From Convolutriloba macropyga (taxonomy: Eukaryota), in assembly GCF_964194025.1 (NCBI RefSeq), contig NC_134468.1, forward strand, positions 6,200,001 to 6,264,000: 64,000 bases of DNA, in the 5' to 3' direction. The translations under genes were made by a program, and so were the position numbers. Shown one piece after another: positions 49,083 to 62,385 of the stretch; position 1 is the stretch's first letter; the number at the start of each line of letters is the position of its first letter. The notes beneath the pieces are model-generated. The model made no database searches. It was not told the DNA's origin and saw nothing but the letters and a program-made list of their open reading frames with translations.

Positions 49083-52000
49083 ATGGAGCACAACCAGATG
49101 GCGGATTACGACCCCCATAGGCCCAGACCCTTTGCATCTCCGAGTCATGAGAGCCCAATTTACTCGAAACAACTGTACCCACCCATGAACAATGTGATTT
49201 TAGTCAAACAGGTGAACCCAAAGACAATAGATGATATGAACAAAAAACAACCCAGTCATATCAAAGACAGATGCAAAGACGATATCGAAAAAGATGCAAA
49301 ACAAGGTATTACCATTTTAGGTAAAGTTTTAAAATAGGAAGCTAAAGAGTTTTAGCTCAAGAAAACCAATCGACACTATTAATTGCTCTCGAACGAATAT
49401 TGAAGCAATTATTGTAGTAGTGCCGACTTTCTATGCAAAATTTTTGTTTGAACATTTTGATTAATTTTCTCGCTCTTGACGTCTTATATTTCGCTAACCT
49501 TCTAAATCTGCGCAAATCGATCGTTCACAATTTTAAGCAGCTAAACTGGCGATAATTTAATACTAAAAGTCACAGTGCAACAATTTAGTTTAATTTTTTT
49601 CCATATAAATCTTTGCAGTGGTTAACAATAAGCTCTGCTGAGAAACAGACTGGCGAACGTCGGACGAATTGCTCTCGAACGATCGGAGCAAGGTTTCATC
49701 TATTGTGGCGACAAGTAAACGAAAAGTAAACGAACCAAAAATATAACAGTCCGGCAAAAATTTTGTTCAAAAACATGGCAGGAAAATTTTCGGGAACGAT
49801 GCAAAGCAAAAACTCACGAGGGCACATGACATCTGAAATAAATTAGTATATAAACAGCAGCCGCAAACTGTCATGGGTCAAATTAAGCAAGCAAATTGCA
49901 AGAAATAGCCATTGACCATAGCCATTAAACATATCTCAATTGGTATTGAAAAAAGTAAAACGAATAATCGACTATCGTTCTTAAGGAATAAAAAATGAAA
50001 AATAAGAAAACAACGTGAAGTCTTGATATGCAAACATAGCCGGCAGATTGCCGGAATAGCTGCGAAAGAATAGACCTGCGTGACATATAAAAGAGATAGA
50101 AACAGATACAGATCTAAATTGAAAAAAAATCGACGCCGCTCAAAAAACTAGGTAAAAAACTTCAGCGATAAATTAATAAAGCTTGTTAAAATTCATTCCA
50201 CAGAAGCCTCTTATTAGGGACCTTTACTGCACATATGAGTTCCTTTGACCTTAACCAAATTCAAATAAAACTTGAGTTTTAAAGTGAAAAGTCATTTTAT
50301 TGAGTGAGGTAAGTCACGTATGATCAAAATCTAATCACGCAAATAACCTAAAAACTTTTGCTAAAGCGAGTGAGAAATGACGTCACGCACGAAAATACCG
50401 TTAGTGAGAGGAAGAAGTCATTCGGAAAATTTGACTTTTTCAGCTTTGCTGTGTGAACAAATGTAAAACGAAAAAAGAGCGTCAGACGACGAAACAAAAA
50501 AACCAAGAGCACCGCAATATAGCTACGCTCAGCTTACAGCTTCGCAGCTATAATAAACATAGCCGGCAGATTGCCGGAATAGCTGCGAAAGAACAGACCT
50601 GCGTGCCATATAATAGATAGAAACATACAGATCTAAACTGAAAAAAAAATCGACGACGCTCAAAAAACTAGGTAAAAAACTTCAGCGATAAATTAATAAA
50701 GCTTGTTAAAATTCATTCCACAGAAGCCTCTTATTAGGGACTTTAACTGCACAAATGCGTTCCTTTGACCTTAAACAAATCCAAACTAAACTTTTAAAGT
50801 GCAAAAGTTTTAAAGTGCAAAAGTCATTTTATTGAGTGAGGTTAAGTCACGTATGATCAAAATCTAATCACGCAAGTAACCTAAAAACTTTTGCTAAAGC
50901 AAGTGAGAAATGACGTCACGCGCACAAATGCCGTTTTTGAGAGGAAGAAGTCATTCAGAAAATTTGACTTTTTCAGCTTTATTGTGTGAACAAATGTAAA
51001 ACGAAAAAAGAGCGTCAGACGACGAAACAAAAAACATAGCAGGACAAGTCTTGACGTACAATTCAAAGAACTTTCATTGACTAAACAAAAAACTAGACCT
51101 GGAATGAACTATGAATGGATTGGGAAAACCATTTAGAAAAAAATCCGAACCAAAAAATCGAAAAAAAAATAGTAAAAACCAAAGTGAAATTGTCGCATGT
51201 GAACAAAAAAACCACTAGCGAGAAAGCGAAATTTTGTTCAAACGCCGTTTTCTCACTCTACTTCAAAATTAGAGCGAAAAAAATTCACGCCACAAAACCA
51301 CTCGCTTTTTCGCTCAACTTCCTGTTTCGGCATGACCAAAATCACCAATCCAATTTGACTTCAAAAATCATGAAAATGTGTGAACAGATCTTTAAAAAAA
51401 GACAGCGCCCCAATACAATTCAAATTCTTTGAATTGTAAAAAAACCAAGAGCACCGCAATATAGCTTCGCTCAGCTTACCGCTTCGCAGCTATAATAGTA
51501 CTTTTCTTATTTTCATTTTATTTTGGAGGATAAAAGGTTCAGTAGAAAAATATTATTGGGACCTAGGACATTGGCATCTGAAAGTCCGCTTTTCTTGGTT
51601 TGCCCAGTTTCCCTTTTCATTACGCTTGAGGACCTTCGCCGTCTTGCCTTTAGAAAGCAAGGTTGCGCGCCTGTTTGAAAACTCCAGCGGATGTTACCAA
51701 ATGAAGATTACATAACCGACTAACGTTGGGCGAATTGCGCTCAAACGACCGGTGAGCGATTGGCTTCGGTAGTACCCAGATAAACTGAGATGCTAGTATC
51801 AGGGGGTCAAGAAATGTGGGGTGACTGAGGGGGATTTTAAGATTAAGAACCATTCATCAGAACATGAAATTGTCTCCTAAAAAGTTTTAGTGAGTCGCAT
51901 TCTTAGATACTGGTAAGTCGTAAGGCTATAAAAAAATTTAATGCATTCCGGGTGTTACCTGCGTATCCCGTTTTTGAGAAGGAAAAGACACCGGGCTAAT

Positions 52001-55000
52001 GTAATTGCTACAAACTTCGTTTGAGAGCAATTAATAAACTAACTGGAGGAAAAACAAAATTTTCCGTCAATATATTAGCAGAATGTGAAAACAAATATCG
52101 AAAGAAATTGCATCAGTCATCTGACGGGGCTATTGAAACATTACGCTCAAGCATTAGATCTCAAGGCTTAGAAATCAAATACAGCAAATTTGCCGAAAGT
52201 GATGACCGATAACCTATAGCTCCATATATGAATACATTTTGTAATCAGAAAACGAATTTCACAATAAGAGTTAAAAATTATTAAACGGTCAAGGAAATTG
52301 AAAATAAAAATAATTACACAATCACTGCAGTTTAGCAGCAAAATAGTTCTCAAAATATGAAGAAAACTCAACACCTGAAACAGATATCAATCATCATTTG
52401 GTGTTAACGGAACACGGAAACGCAATAATTTACAACACTAAAGGAAAAATGATAAAAGGCAGAAAAACAGATTGTAGTTAAGTAGATTTTTAATTTTCTG
52501 TCTGCAAAAAATGCTCCGAGAGTAACTAATCGTTCGAGAGTAACTAATAAAGCTTGTAAGAAAAATTACCTATAAAAGATACCAATCATCATTTGGTGTT
52601 AACGGAACACGGAAACGCAATAATTTACAACGCTAAAGGAAAAATGATAAAAGGCAGAAAAACAGATTCTAGTTAAGTAAGTTTTTAATTTTCTGTCTGC
52701 AAAAAATGCTTCGAGAGTAACTAATAAAGCTTGTAAGAAAAATTTTTTGTCGGTCATTATAGTGTCTTTGGCCATAGCAAAATCACCTTTAAAATTACAG
52801 GATCTGGGATGATGACACTCAGCTCTATAAAAGACTCAGCTCTACGGCTTCAAGAAGCTACAATGCCTCAAACAGGAATTGAACACCGAATACTGCAGAT
52901 CATTTGGACTCTGGCGTACCTTGGACTGGCTGCACTTTTCCTCTATCAGTTCAGGTAATATTCTTGCAGAACATCAGAGTTATCTCCTTATAAGTTATGG
53001 TCATTTGTATTATATTTGATGATATCGATAGAATTGATGTTAATAGTTCGTTTCAGAGGTCAAAAGGTCAAAGTCCAAATTTAGAAGATGCAGATGTCAC
53101 CGTATTAACGTTCATTTGCTTGACAGTAGTTTTTCAGACATTCAATTGAGGGTGTGAATTTAAATTGTGGTCTATATATGCAAAAAGTTTTGAGTTTTGT
53201 CGATGATTACAGTTCAATACTTTTTGCATTTTTCAAATTAAAGTATTTGCGTTGTCAATTCGGTATTCTTTTTCATTGTTACTGACCTCGAGATTTCCAT
53301 ATTGAAAACTACTGGCTTACGAACGTTAATGAAAACGCCCAATAAATTTTGATATACGATTCTAAACGCCCAATAAATTATGATATACGGTTCTAAACGC
53401 CCAATAAATTATGATATACGGTTCTAAACGCCCAATAAATTATGATATACGGTTCTAAACGCCCAATAAATTTTGATATACGGCTCTAAACATTGGAAAA
53501 AGTTCAAAACATTGTTTCAATAAATTTTATTTTTACATTTTGTTTTACTCAGCTGTCGAAGTCTTTTCAACAAAAAAACTCCTATCCGAGAAGTGGAATA
53601 TCAAAATTTTCACTGAGAAGTGGAATATCAATTAGAAAAAAACTTAAAAACTATGAAGTTTCAAAACAAGTTAAAAGATCGAAAAGAAAAAAACAACTAA
53701 CTATACTTTGAGTACTGAAATGTTTGGATACAAAACAAAAAATAGAAACATAACCAACTGACTTTGGGAGAATTGTTGTCAGACAGTTGGCTTCGTCGGT
53801 AGCTAGCTTTAGCTAGGTTTAGGGAGGGTAGCTTTAGCTTAAATGAATGGGCGTGGGTGAGGGAGGCGGGGATGGGTAAAATGGGGGATCGGGGGTTATG
53901 TGGGGCGGGGGGGGGGGGGTCAAACTCTAAGAAGTACCCTTTAGACATACATTTCTCTCTACAAAACAGTTTTGGTGAATCGCGTACTTACAGTCTAGTA
54001 AACCGAAAATGCGTCAGACGAAATATCGGTCAAGCAAAAATCGCATAAAAACCACAGGATTGATATATTTTCTAGCAATTAAACATGACAGTCAAGAGAA
54101 AAAGAAGCCATGGGTAGAATTTGGTAAAGGGGATGAACGATGGATAGTAATCGGGGATAGACCAGTTGATTTGGTACAGGAAAGACTTTTGGTCAGACAA
54201 AAGACAAATGGTCGGACAAAAAACAACGAAGAGTCGGTAGTACCACATATTGCCTTAAAGAGTTTCAATTTTCTCGAAGTAATTGTCGTAAGATTTCGTT
54301 TTGGACTGCCTATGAAAACTGGAAAAATTGATTTGTCCGTCTCTGTATTGTAGTGAACAAGAAATGATAATCAACTTGAACACGAAACCAGACGAAAAAC
54401 AATTTTTTAAAGTAAATATGAGTTCAAGATCAGATTTTCAATAAGCGGTTCATTGCAATCTGAAACACAAATTTGCATTTGGATGTCTTGTTCCTTAAAT
54501 AAACGTAACTATTATCATTTACTGGCCTTTTAATGGGTGCTTTCGGTAATTACCGTATCCTTGATTTTACAATCCTGGCAGATTTCTCTCGGTGTGAAAA
54601 AACTTAACCAACAAACATCGTGCGAACTGCTCTTAAAGGACCGGCGAGCTGTTAGTTTCGGTAGTGGCCAGCTTGGGCTTGAGCTTAGGAAGGCTAGCAT
54701 TCAGCAATAGGGCGGGGGGCAAAAGCGACAGAAACTGCCCTTTATAGTATTATTTTGTGTTCCCAGCAGCATAGACGAATTGTGCACTTAAAGACTATCT
54801 AAGCTGCAAGAAAGGTGCTCAGCAACTAGATGCCTTCCGGTATTTTACCTGTTTAGCCAGTTTTTGAAACAAACGTTCAAAACCTTCACATAAAAAATTG
54901 GTCAAGCTGATACTACCTAATAACTATTTGGTGACGCGAGAATATTTTTCGTAAATCTTTACGGAAAACCCAAGATTTTTTGAAACCTCATCTTCTCAGC

Positions 55001-58000
55001 AAAACCGAAATTCCAAAAACCCCATGCTGATATAATCCATTCTATGAAGGCTTTTCACTGATGCATCTCGTGTATTTCTCCTAAAAAATTTCCGGTCTCA
55101 AAAGTAACAAAAAAGCTAGGCATAGGGTTCCTTCCGTCATTATATGAGGTCCGAACAAATTGAATTGAGTTCTCGTTTTTCTATATCTCAAAATAAAGCA
55201 ACAAGTTTCAAAATCCACGAATAGCAGATAAGCAGAAAAGTTTACAAGAAAGTAGAAGTCAGCAAAGTCCTTGTCAGGTCAACGAATTCTGATTAGACTA
55301 CCAAGCTACAGTTTTTTCACAACTGTTTGTATATCATCATTGGTCAGAAAAGAGCGGCCAAATTTTAATCTCTAGTCTGAAGCGCGGTGTTACGCCATTG
55401 CGTGGGATTTTCAAAGATAGCCGCGGGTGTTAACCATCTACTTAAACACCATTCTTGGCCAGTAAATTAAAAGCAAAGCAGCTGTAAATTGAGGTAAATC
55501 AAGGGTATCAATCAATTTCCGGATCTATTCTGTTTCGCCCCCCCTCCCCCCCCCAGTGTTTTTTATGATCCCCAATTATAAAAAATATGTTGTTATATAG
55601 CGCGTTACTATGTAAGAAAATAGCACGTACGCCTGGGGCTCAAAAAAAATTTATGATCACTAAGCTGGGGGAGGGGGGGACAGAATAGATCACAACTTCC
55701 AAATTAGTCATGCATGTAATCATACATCTTTGTTTAAGCATTTTGGTGAAGAACTATTTGAAATACGACACAGACATCAACATCGCAATCCAAACCGCAC
55801 AATCACTCAAGTTCCCAGCTGTGACAGTTTGTAACGAAAACCCTTTGCGGAGATCTCTCGTCGAGCGAATAGAGAAATTCAACGACCTGGTTCTTTTGGA
55901 TGACTTTGCAATGAGTTATGTACAATCAGTGGCTGCGAACACACATGCAAATTTAGAGCTCCCCGACTGTGTCGAAGGATATATTGCATGCAACAACACT
56001 AAAGTAAGTTTAATTCAGTGAAAAACGAGCTATCTTAATACATTTATTAGGCATTACACAGCCAATGTCTGAAAAGGCTTACTTCAATAAATTTCGCGGT
56101 TTGTAGAAAGGAGTGACAAAATTCCGTCACCATTTTCAACTTTGCGTAACCCTTTTCCACAATGAAAAATAGTTGCTCCAAACGTAGAAATAAATTAATT
56201 ATGTCTTATAAAGGTGTAAGACATAAAGGTGTAGTCCTTTTTTTCACCCCTATTCATTTTATCCCCTCTCAATTCACCCCCTATCACTTAACCCTCTATC
56301 GTTTAACCCCAATTTTAATCATTTACATAAGGACTACTAAATTAGAAAAATAATCACTCGGACATGCCTAGCGGGCCCTGGCCATGCCTCAGCGGCCCGT
56401 GGGACTTGATATGAAACTATCACAACCAAACCTGGGAATAAGTTATACGCTTAAGTCTCACAAAACATGCATTTCATGTCGAATGCTAATTGGTGGGAAG
56501 AAATGATAGAGGGGTTAAATGATATGGCGTTGATATGCGGGGTTCAATGAATCGGGATGAAAAGAAGTAGAACCTTTATAAAAAAAGGCTTACATTTTGT
56601 ATCGAGTATTCACGAATAAACGCAATCCAACTCAACTATTTTGAGCATGTTGCAAGCCTAAAACGTTATTTCCCGAATTTTATTATTAATTACTTGAGTC
56701 AAAATTCAAAGAATAATTTCTCCTTGTGGACCAGGCTATGGATAATCGCAAAACTCGTGATTGTCTTCTTAATACATAATTAGTATCGCGAGGGAAATTT
56801 CTGAAACTATTCACCAATTGCGCTTTTGTTCATTTCAGTCTGATTGACACTATCTTAGTTATTTGGAAAGAGTTAATTATAGTCTGGAAACTTGTGACCC
56901 ATGGCGTGGAAACTAGTAACAAACTAGATTTTTCACGCAATCCCAAAAACACTCATCGTACAATCTAGCTTCCCATATATCGACAAGCTTATAACCCTAC
57001 TACGGGTCTTACAAAATATTTTCAAAATCGAGTAACTCGAGAAATACGTTTTACGGACGGAGAAGGCCAAGATTTAATTTTTAAACCAATACAGGGAGTC
57101 AGAGGGAAACAAAAACTTTGTTTTGAGTTTCACTGAATAAGTAGACAAAATATATTGTTCAAGCTTTATGGTAAGGCAATTAATATCTGTTGAACCATAA
57201 TTTATCCGCAAAATCTAACCTGTATTCTGCACCCCTGTCCCACGAACCCGATGCCCAGCACATGCTATTTTAACCCATCAATGCGCCATATAACGGTTCA
57301 AAAATAAGCAACTGGGTGAACTTAGCTGCAGGAAGGGGTAAATCATTCTGTTTTATTGCCATTGTGTTTTACAAAATAAAGTTCAAAGAGAGAGTGCAAA
57401 TTAGGGTAATTTTCAGGTGTGCATTCCCATTGAGTGGATCTGCAATGATGTTGACAATTGTGGTGATAACAGTGACGAAGAACTTCCCTTCAATTGTACT
57501 GAAATAGAAGCGGAGAGAGAGGCGAACAGTACAGAGGAGATAGGTGCATAACTTTAAGTTTTTTTGAACCCCTCGTAGGAATATAACTATCTGTAGTTCT
57601 AATTTTACATGCTTATAATGGTATGGACTCTTTTTAATGAATAGTTCCACCTCCTATTAGACCATGCAAAAAACGAGATTGATTCGAAGATGTGCAGTAC
57701 TTTGTTTGAACATGGTTATGAAATGAAAATATATCAATAGCAAGGAAGAAGGCTAAGATTCCTCTTTTCAATTAGGAATCAATGATTTATCAAGACTATG
57801 ACCCAAAAAGGAGAACTTCAATCGAGTTATCACTAATATGACTAACTTATTTTTATAATTACCAAATACAGACACGATTAGTGAGTGAACAAAATCCTTG
57901 GCTAAGACTCAAAACTAGACACACAAACGGAATTGAGATTGGCATCTTTAAAAGTACTCTAGCTAAAATCAGAACAGCCTATCAGAACGTATGCGTTTAA

Positions 58001-61000
58001 CTTAACCGAGAGCTAACTTCGGTATTTCACTTTGCGAAAGAACTTCGACAAAACAAAAAAGCTTTCAAAAACAGTTCTTAGTAGCAGCAAAAAATTTCTG
58101 TTTTGAGTAAGTACAGAAACGGTTTTTTTTTAAAAAAAAAAACACGTTAAAATGTATCTGCTGCATCATTTGCTTCGAATTTATCAGTCACCAAAAAATT
58201 GTAACATAAGGGAAAAATCATAAGCAAATTTTGTGTACAGCAGATTGTACAATGAAAATTTTGCGTTAATTTTTGCATGATTTGTTAATTCTCTTAGTTT
58301 GTATTTAGCATTTCTATAGCCTGACGATGATCTTAAGTTCGAGATTTTAATATTGACAATTCCTTTTGAGACCTATAACAAAAGTGATCGACTATTATGC
58401 ACAAAATGCAGACAGGATAAAAACGAATGTCATACAACCTCTATCAACTCAGTGTCAAATACTTGCCCATGAAGTTTTCGCGATAAGAAAACAAACTTTC
58501 GTAGTTTTAGTGTTTGATTCGAGTTCTTGTACTGAGATATAAATTCAGCATACATCGTGTAAAAAGAAGCACTTAAATAGCACGAAGGGGAAAATATGTT
58601 CAAAGAAGAACTTTAGTTGGATATTTGAGCGAAACAGATTCTATGCTCGCTCAAAACACTTAATGGTTAAACCGAAACTAAAAGAGGACAAAAATTCAAA
58701 AACTTGTCTTTAAATGGTCTTTTGTTTTTGATTACAGCTACAAACAGCAAGCCCACATTGAAACTATCATGCAACTACGACACAAAAAGCAATGTGTCTT
58801 GCAATGTGTCCAATAATTTTAAAAATTTTGTTCAAATCGATGGAAGTTTAAGCAAAGCAACATATCGATATTTGCTCAAAGCCAAATCCATAATTTCACA
58901 TAACAGATTTTTCACAATGCAATCAATTTCATTCAACATGAACACTAATGAACAAAAGAGAACGAACATCAGTTTTGCAATATTAGCTGGCAACAAATAG
59001 TCACGCTGCTGATAAACGTGCATTTTTATAAAGATTAATAAGTTTGTCTGAAAAGAGAGATGAGAAAACTCCATTCAGTACATTCACGCCCGAAAACCCG
59101 CAGACTATATTTTTACCATACAAATTTTCCAGCTACTTTTATTTATGTCCATATCCTATCTTGCAGCAGAGAAAATGCGTGTTTGTGAATTAGTGTGCAA
59201 CCAGATCAAATAACCAGAGCAGCCAATCAGAAAACAGAATGACTTTACGCCAAAATTTTAGTCAATTCTCATTGGTCAATCAGTAGATTTTCATGTTTTG
59301 TTACGAATGCCATTTTTATTAGGTCCTTCCTTATTGTCAATGTTACAGACAACCTTTTCAACAAAATAGGTTTGCGCTCTTCGAATTGAATGACTGCAAT
59401 CAATTTGGCAAAATGCGATTTCAATGGTAGTTGCAATTGAAAATTTCAGAAACAATAGAAAATTTCAGGTATCTGCAATTGGCCTTACATTCAGTGCCCG
59501 GATGAGGACTTCTGTGCAATGAAATGTGACGAGCAATACGAATGCACTGAAAAGTGGGGCTACGACGAAAGCCTGCAAGTTGGATGTACCGAAGTATCAT
59601 GTCTTACGACAATAGAGGTTACACACATTACAATCATGACAATGCAATCACTACAAGTGATAGGCTGAATTTGCCGTGTTTTCACAATTATTTGTCGTAT
59701 CTTTGTTCACTATGATTCTAAATATTTACGCATATTGCAGAATCTAGTTATGCGCGAATTCAAAGAGTAAACTTTTTCAAGAATCCACTTGGAAGACAGT
59801 ACAACTTCGATAAAGTACAGGCTTGCAAAGATTACACTATTATGTAAACGTTGTGTAAAATTTTAAAATCTAATCTATTCCGGAAACAATTAAAAAGAGA
59901 TCACTAAAAATTATCATAGATGTTTCATAACAAATGTGGCATCTTCTCCCAAACAGATTCAAAAGTTTCAGGAATCTTAAAATTCTGTTTAGGATTCTTA
60001 CAACAACGGGAACTAATTCTGGAAACTATACTTTCTTTGAGATTAAACAGCCTTATACTTTTAAATTGGTGAGAAAACAAATGAGAAAAACGAAAATTGG
60101 TTAAATATTTGAAAAATTGTAGCTTAATTTTTTTTTTACATCGGGAACGATCAAAATATGTGAAAATGATAGAACTTATTGTATTTAGAACTTATTGTTT
60201 TTGAAAATGATAGAACTTATTGTTTTTGAAATACAACAAAAGTTTCAAATTTCTCTTTAAAATTGTTTTCGTATGCTTAACAGCATTAACAAGTGACTCG
60301 GTGCAAAATTTAAGGCATGAAAATATGAAGCAGGGAACAATTTTTTAAAGTTGATTTTCTGCTCGTACATTATATAGATATCCGATTGAGGGATTTTGAG
60401 TTAATTGAGAAAAAATTATAGACGTTTTTGGGAAAAGTAAGATGTTCTTAAAAGTTTTGGGGCGACAAATAATTAGAATGAGTCCCTAGTGTAGTTAGAT
60501 GGCAAATTGTCGCCCTGCATATTGCCGGAAAAAAGCCGTCGTTGATCCCCATAACCAAGGCTGGGATTGAAAGAGAAAAAAAAAAACTAATGAAAAATTG
60601 ATTTTTGTACACAAACAATTTTAAAGTGCAAATTATTTTCAAGTTATTTTGGAGCTGAACACTCTCCTGTTTCGTAGTGAGACGACATATGGGCTAGTAT
60701 CAATACCAATAAACATTAGAGATGGTAACTAAGAACAAAGTTTGAGTAACGTGCATCTAAAATTGGGCTTTATGGGTTTATCCCTTCTTTTTCTGATTTC
60801 GTTTCTTGATACTGACACTTTTAACAGAATGAGAGAAGAGTGAAACTAGCCCCGAGAAGTCAAATGATTTCACGCAAAATGTTGAACAAGCTGCGAACTA
60901 AGGTAGAGCCTAAAAATTTTAGTACGAATTAAAAAACAAAAATTTTAGTACTACGAATTAAAAAACAAAAAAATAGGAGCACTATAATAGCCGGCTGAGA

Positions 61001-61617
61001 AGTTGAGGCGGCTATTAATACATCAAAATAGACTTTGGGGGGAAAATCAAACAAAATAATGGTCTTCTCTGTTCATTTAGACTATTACGGTCGTCTAAAT
61101 TTTTTTGAAAGAACGCTTTTTTAATCAAAATAGTTGATCCGGCGACCGTCGGGTTTCGCGATTTTTTTAAAAAAAAAAACACTTTGAAGCGATTTGACGA
61201 GAAATTATGATGAGGCGGGAAAAGTTGGGAATAATTTGGTTTTTATCCACTGCCCTATGACATTACCACAAAAAACTTCATGTTCCTCCTAGCGCAGAAA
61301 AAAATGTGATGAAAGAAGGCCACTCGTTATGCAGCAAATAAGGTCTGCGCAACATTTCGTTTCACGGCCGTTAAAAACTATAGTTTTGTGGTCAGCATCG
61401 AGTTTCCATGGTGAAATTTCTGGCGTTAGTGTGTTGTTCTCAGGAGCATCAAATTGGGTAATAACTTGAAATTTTCAGGCTACTCCAACAAAGCAAAATC
61501 TTACCTCTGATAATTATCCCGACAACTACGAATCAAATACTGACTGTATGTGGATAATTGACGCCTCAGCTCATGAGGAGAAAATAAGCTTGACATTCGA
61601 GGACCTTTACACCGAAG
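49083..61617 (+). CDS. DEG/ENaC channel subunit B, tandem paralog of A (exons 1-6; gene continues past the window end)
   Basis: Exons 49083-49305, 52801-52954, 55739-56003, 57417-57543, 59469-59617, 61479-61617. Same phases as A; exons 3-6 have identical lengths (265, 127, 149, 139 nt). Encodes TM1, FPAVTVCNENP, LDLa (VCIPIEWICNDVDNCGDNSDEELPFNC), LDLa-like repeat and CUB N-half (LTSDNYPDNYESNTDCMWII). Confidence 0.88.
50032..51494 (-). mobile_element. Family A tandem pair; second copy interrupted by a nested family-D element (51032-51437)
   Basis: Near-identical to 37627-38672; units start at 50032 and 50555. The family-A terminus resumes at ~51438. Confidence 0.75.
52383..52742. repeat. 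Tandem duplication, ~195-bp period
   Basis: AATCATCATTTGGTGTTAACGGAACACGG... occurs twice. Confidence 0.85.
53333..53491. repeat. 31-bp minisatellite, 5 copies
   Basis: AAACGCCCAATAAATTWTGATATACGGTTCT head-to-tail. Confidence 0.9.
55521..55691. mobile_element. MITE, same family (also a split copy ~24519-24650 + ~25240-25317 and a degenerate copy ending ~44433)
   Basis: GGATCTATTCTG...CAGAATAGATC; shared core TGTTGTTATATAGCRCRTTACTATGTAA. Confidence 0.75.
56226..56575. repeat. Imperfect foldback/MITE-like element with ~15-bp CCCC/GGGG subrepeats
   Basis: TTCACCCC-type repeats on the left are mirrored by GGGGTT/GGGATGAAAA on the right. Confidence 0.45.
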
Positions 61618-62105
61618 GCAAGCCGAACAAATTGACAAGAGAAACCTGAAAGTATGCTCCAAAACAGTATGTCTAAGTTTCATTAAAAGACGTCCAATTT
61701 TTCGAAAGATGAGTTTGGCTTATATGAGTTCTGCTCACTGCAATGGAGAAGCAAAGATGGCTAAGACGCACAGAGACCAAATGAAGTGTAACAAGGCAAT
61801 TTTGAATGCAGACTTGAGCTGGTTAAAAATGATCGCTAATTGTGAGAAAAAATTACAGCAGAAAATAATGCCAGCGATTAGATGCGATAGCTTTAGACAT
61901 TTAGTCTCAAAATACCAGTGAAAAGAACGAGATCTATAAAACATTGAACAAAAAATTTATTGAAACTGGAACAATATATGTACTTTAACGTTGCCTTCTA
62001 ACCTTCAATTAGATTATTCTTATTTAAATCATTTTTATCAAAATAGGTAAAAGTTAAATTGTGAGAGATAAATCACAATTAACCAAGAGATAATTCACGT
62101 GAATA

Positions 62106-62385
62106 AAACATAGCAGGACAAGTCCTGACACAATTCAAAGAGTTTTCATTGACTGAACAAAGACTACACCTAGAAAGAATTTTTGTTCAAACATCATTTT
62201 CTCACTTTACTTTGAAAGTGCAGTGAAAAATTCAAGTCGCAAAACTACTCGCTTTTTTCGCTAGACTACCTGTTTCGGTGTGACCAAAATCCCCTCTCCA
62301 ATTTGACTTCAAAAATCATGAAAATGTGCGATCAGATCTTAAAAACAAGACAGGGTCCTAAGACAATTCAAAAGCTTTGAATTGT
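62106..62385 (-). mobile_element. Helentron/DINE-like family D (also 51032-51437)
   Basis: Hairpin CAGGAC-aa-GTCCTG + CAATTCAAAG ... CTTTGAATTG. Confidence 0.65.

Noticed and set aside
53333-53491. 31-bp repeats resembling a CRISPR array
   Set aside because: Head-to-tail units with no unique spacers, in a eukaryotic intron; a minisatellite.
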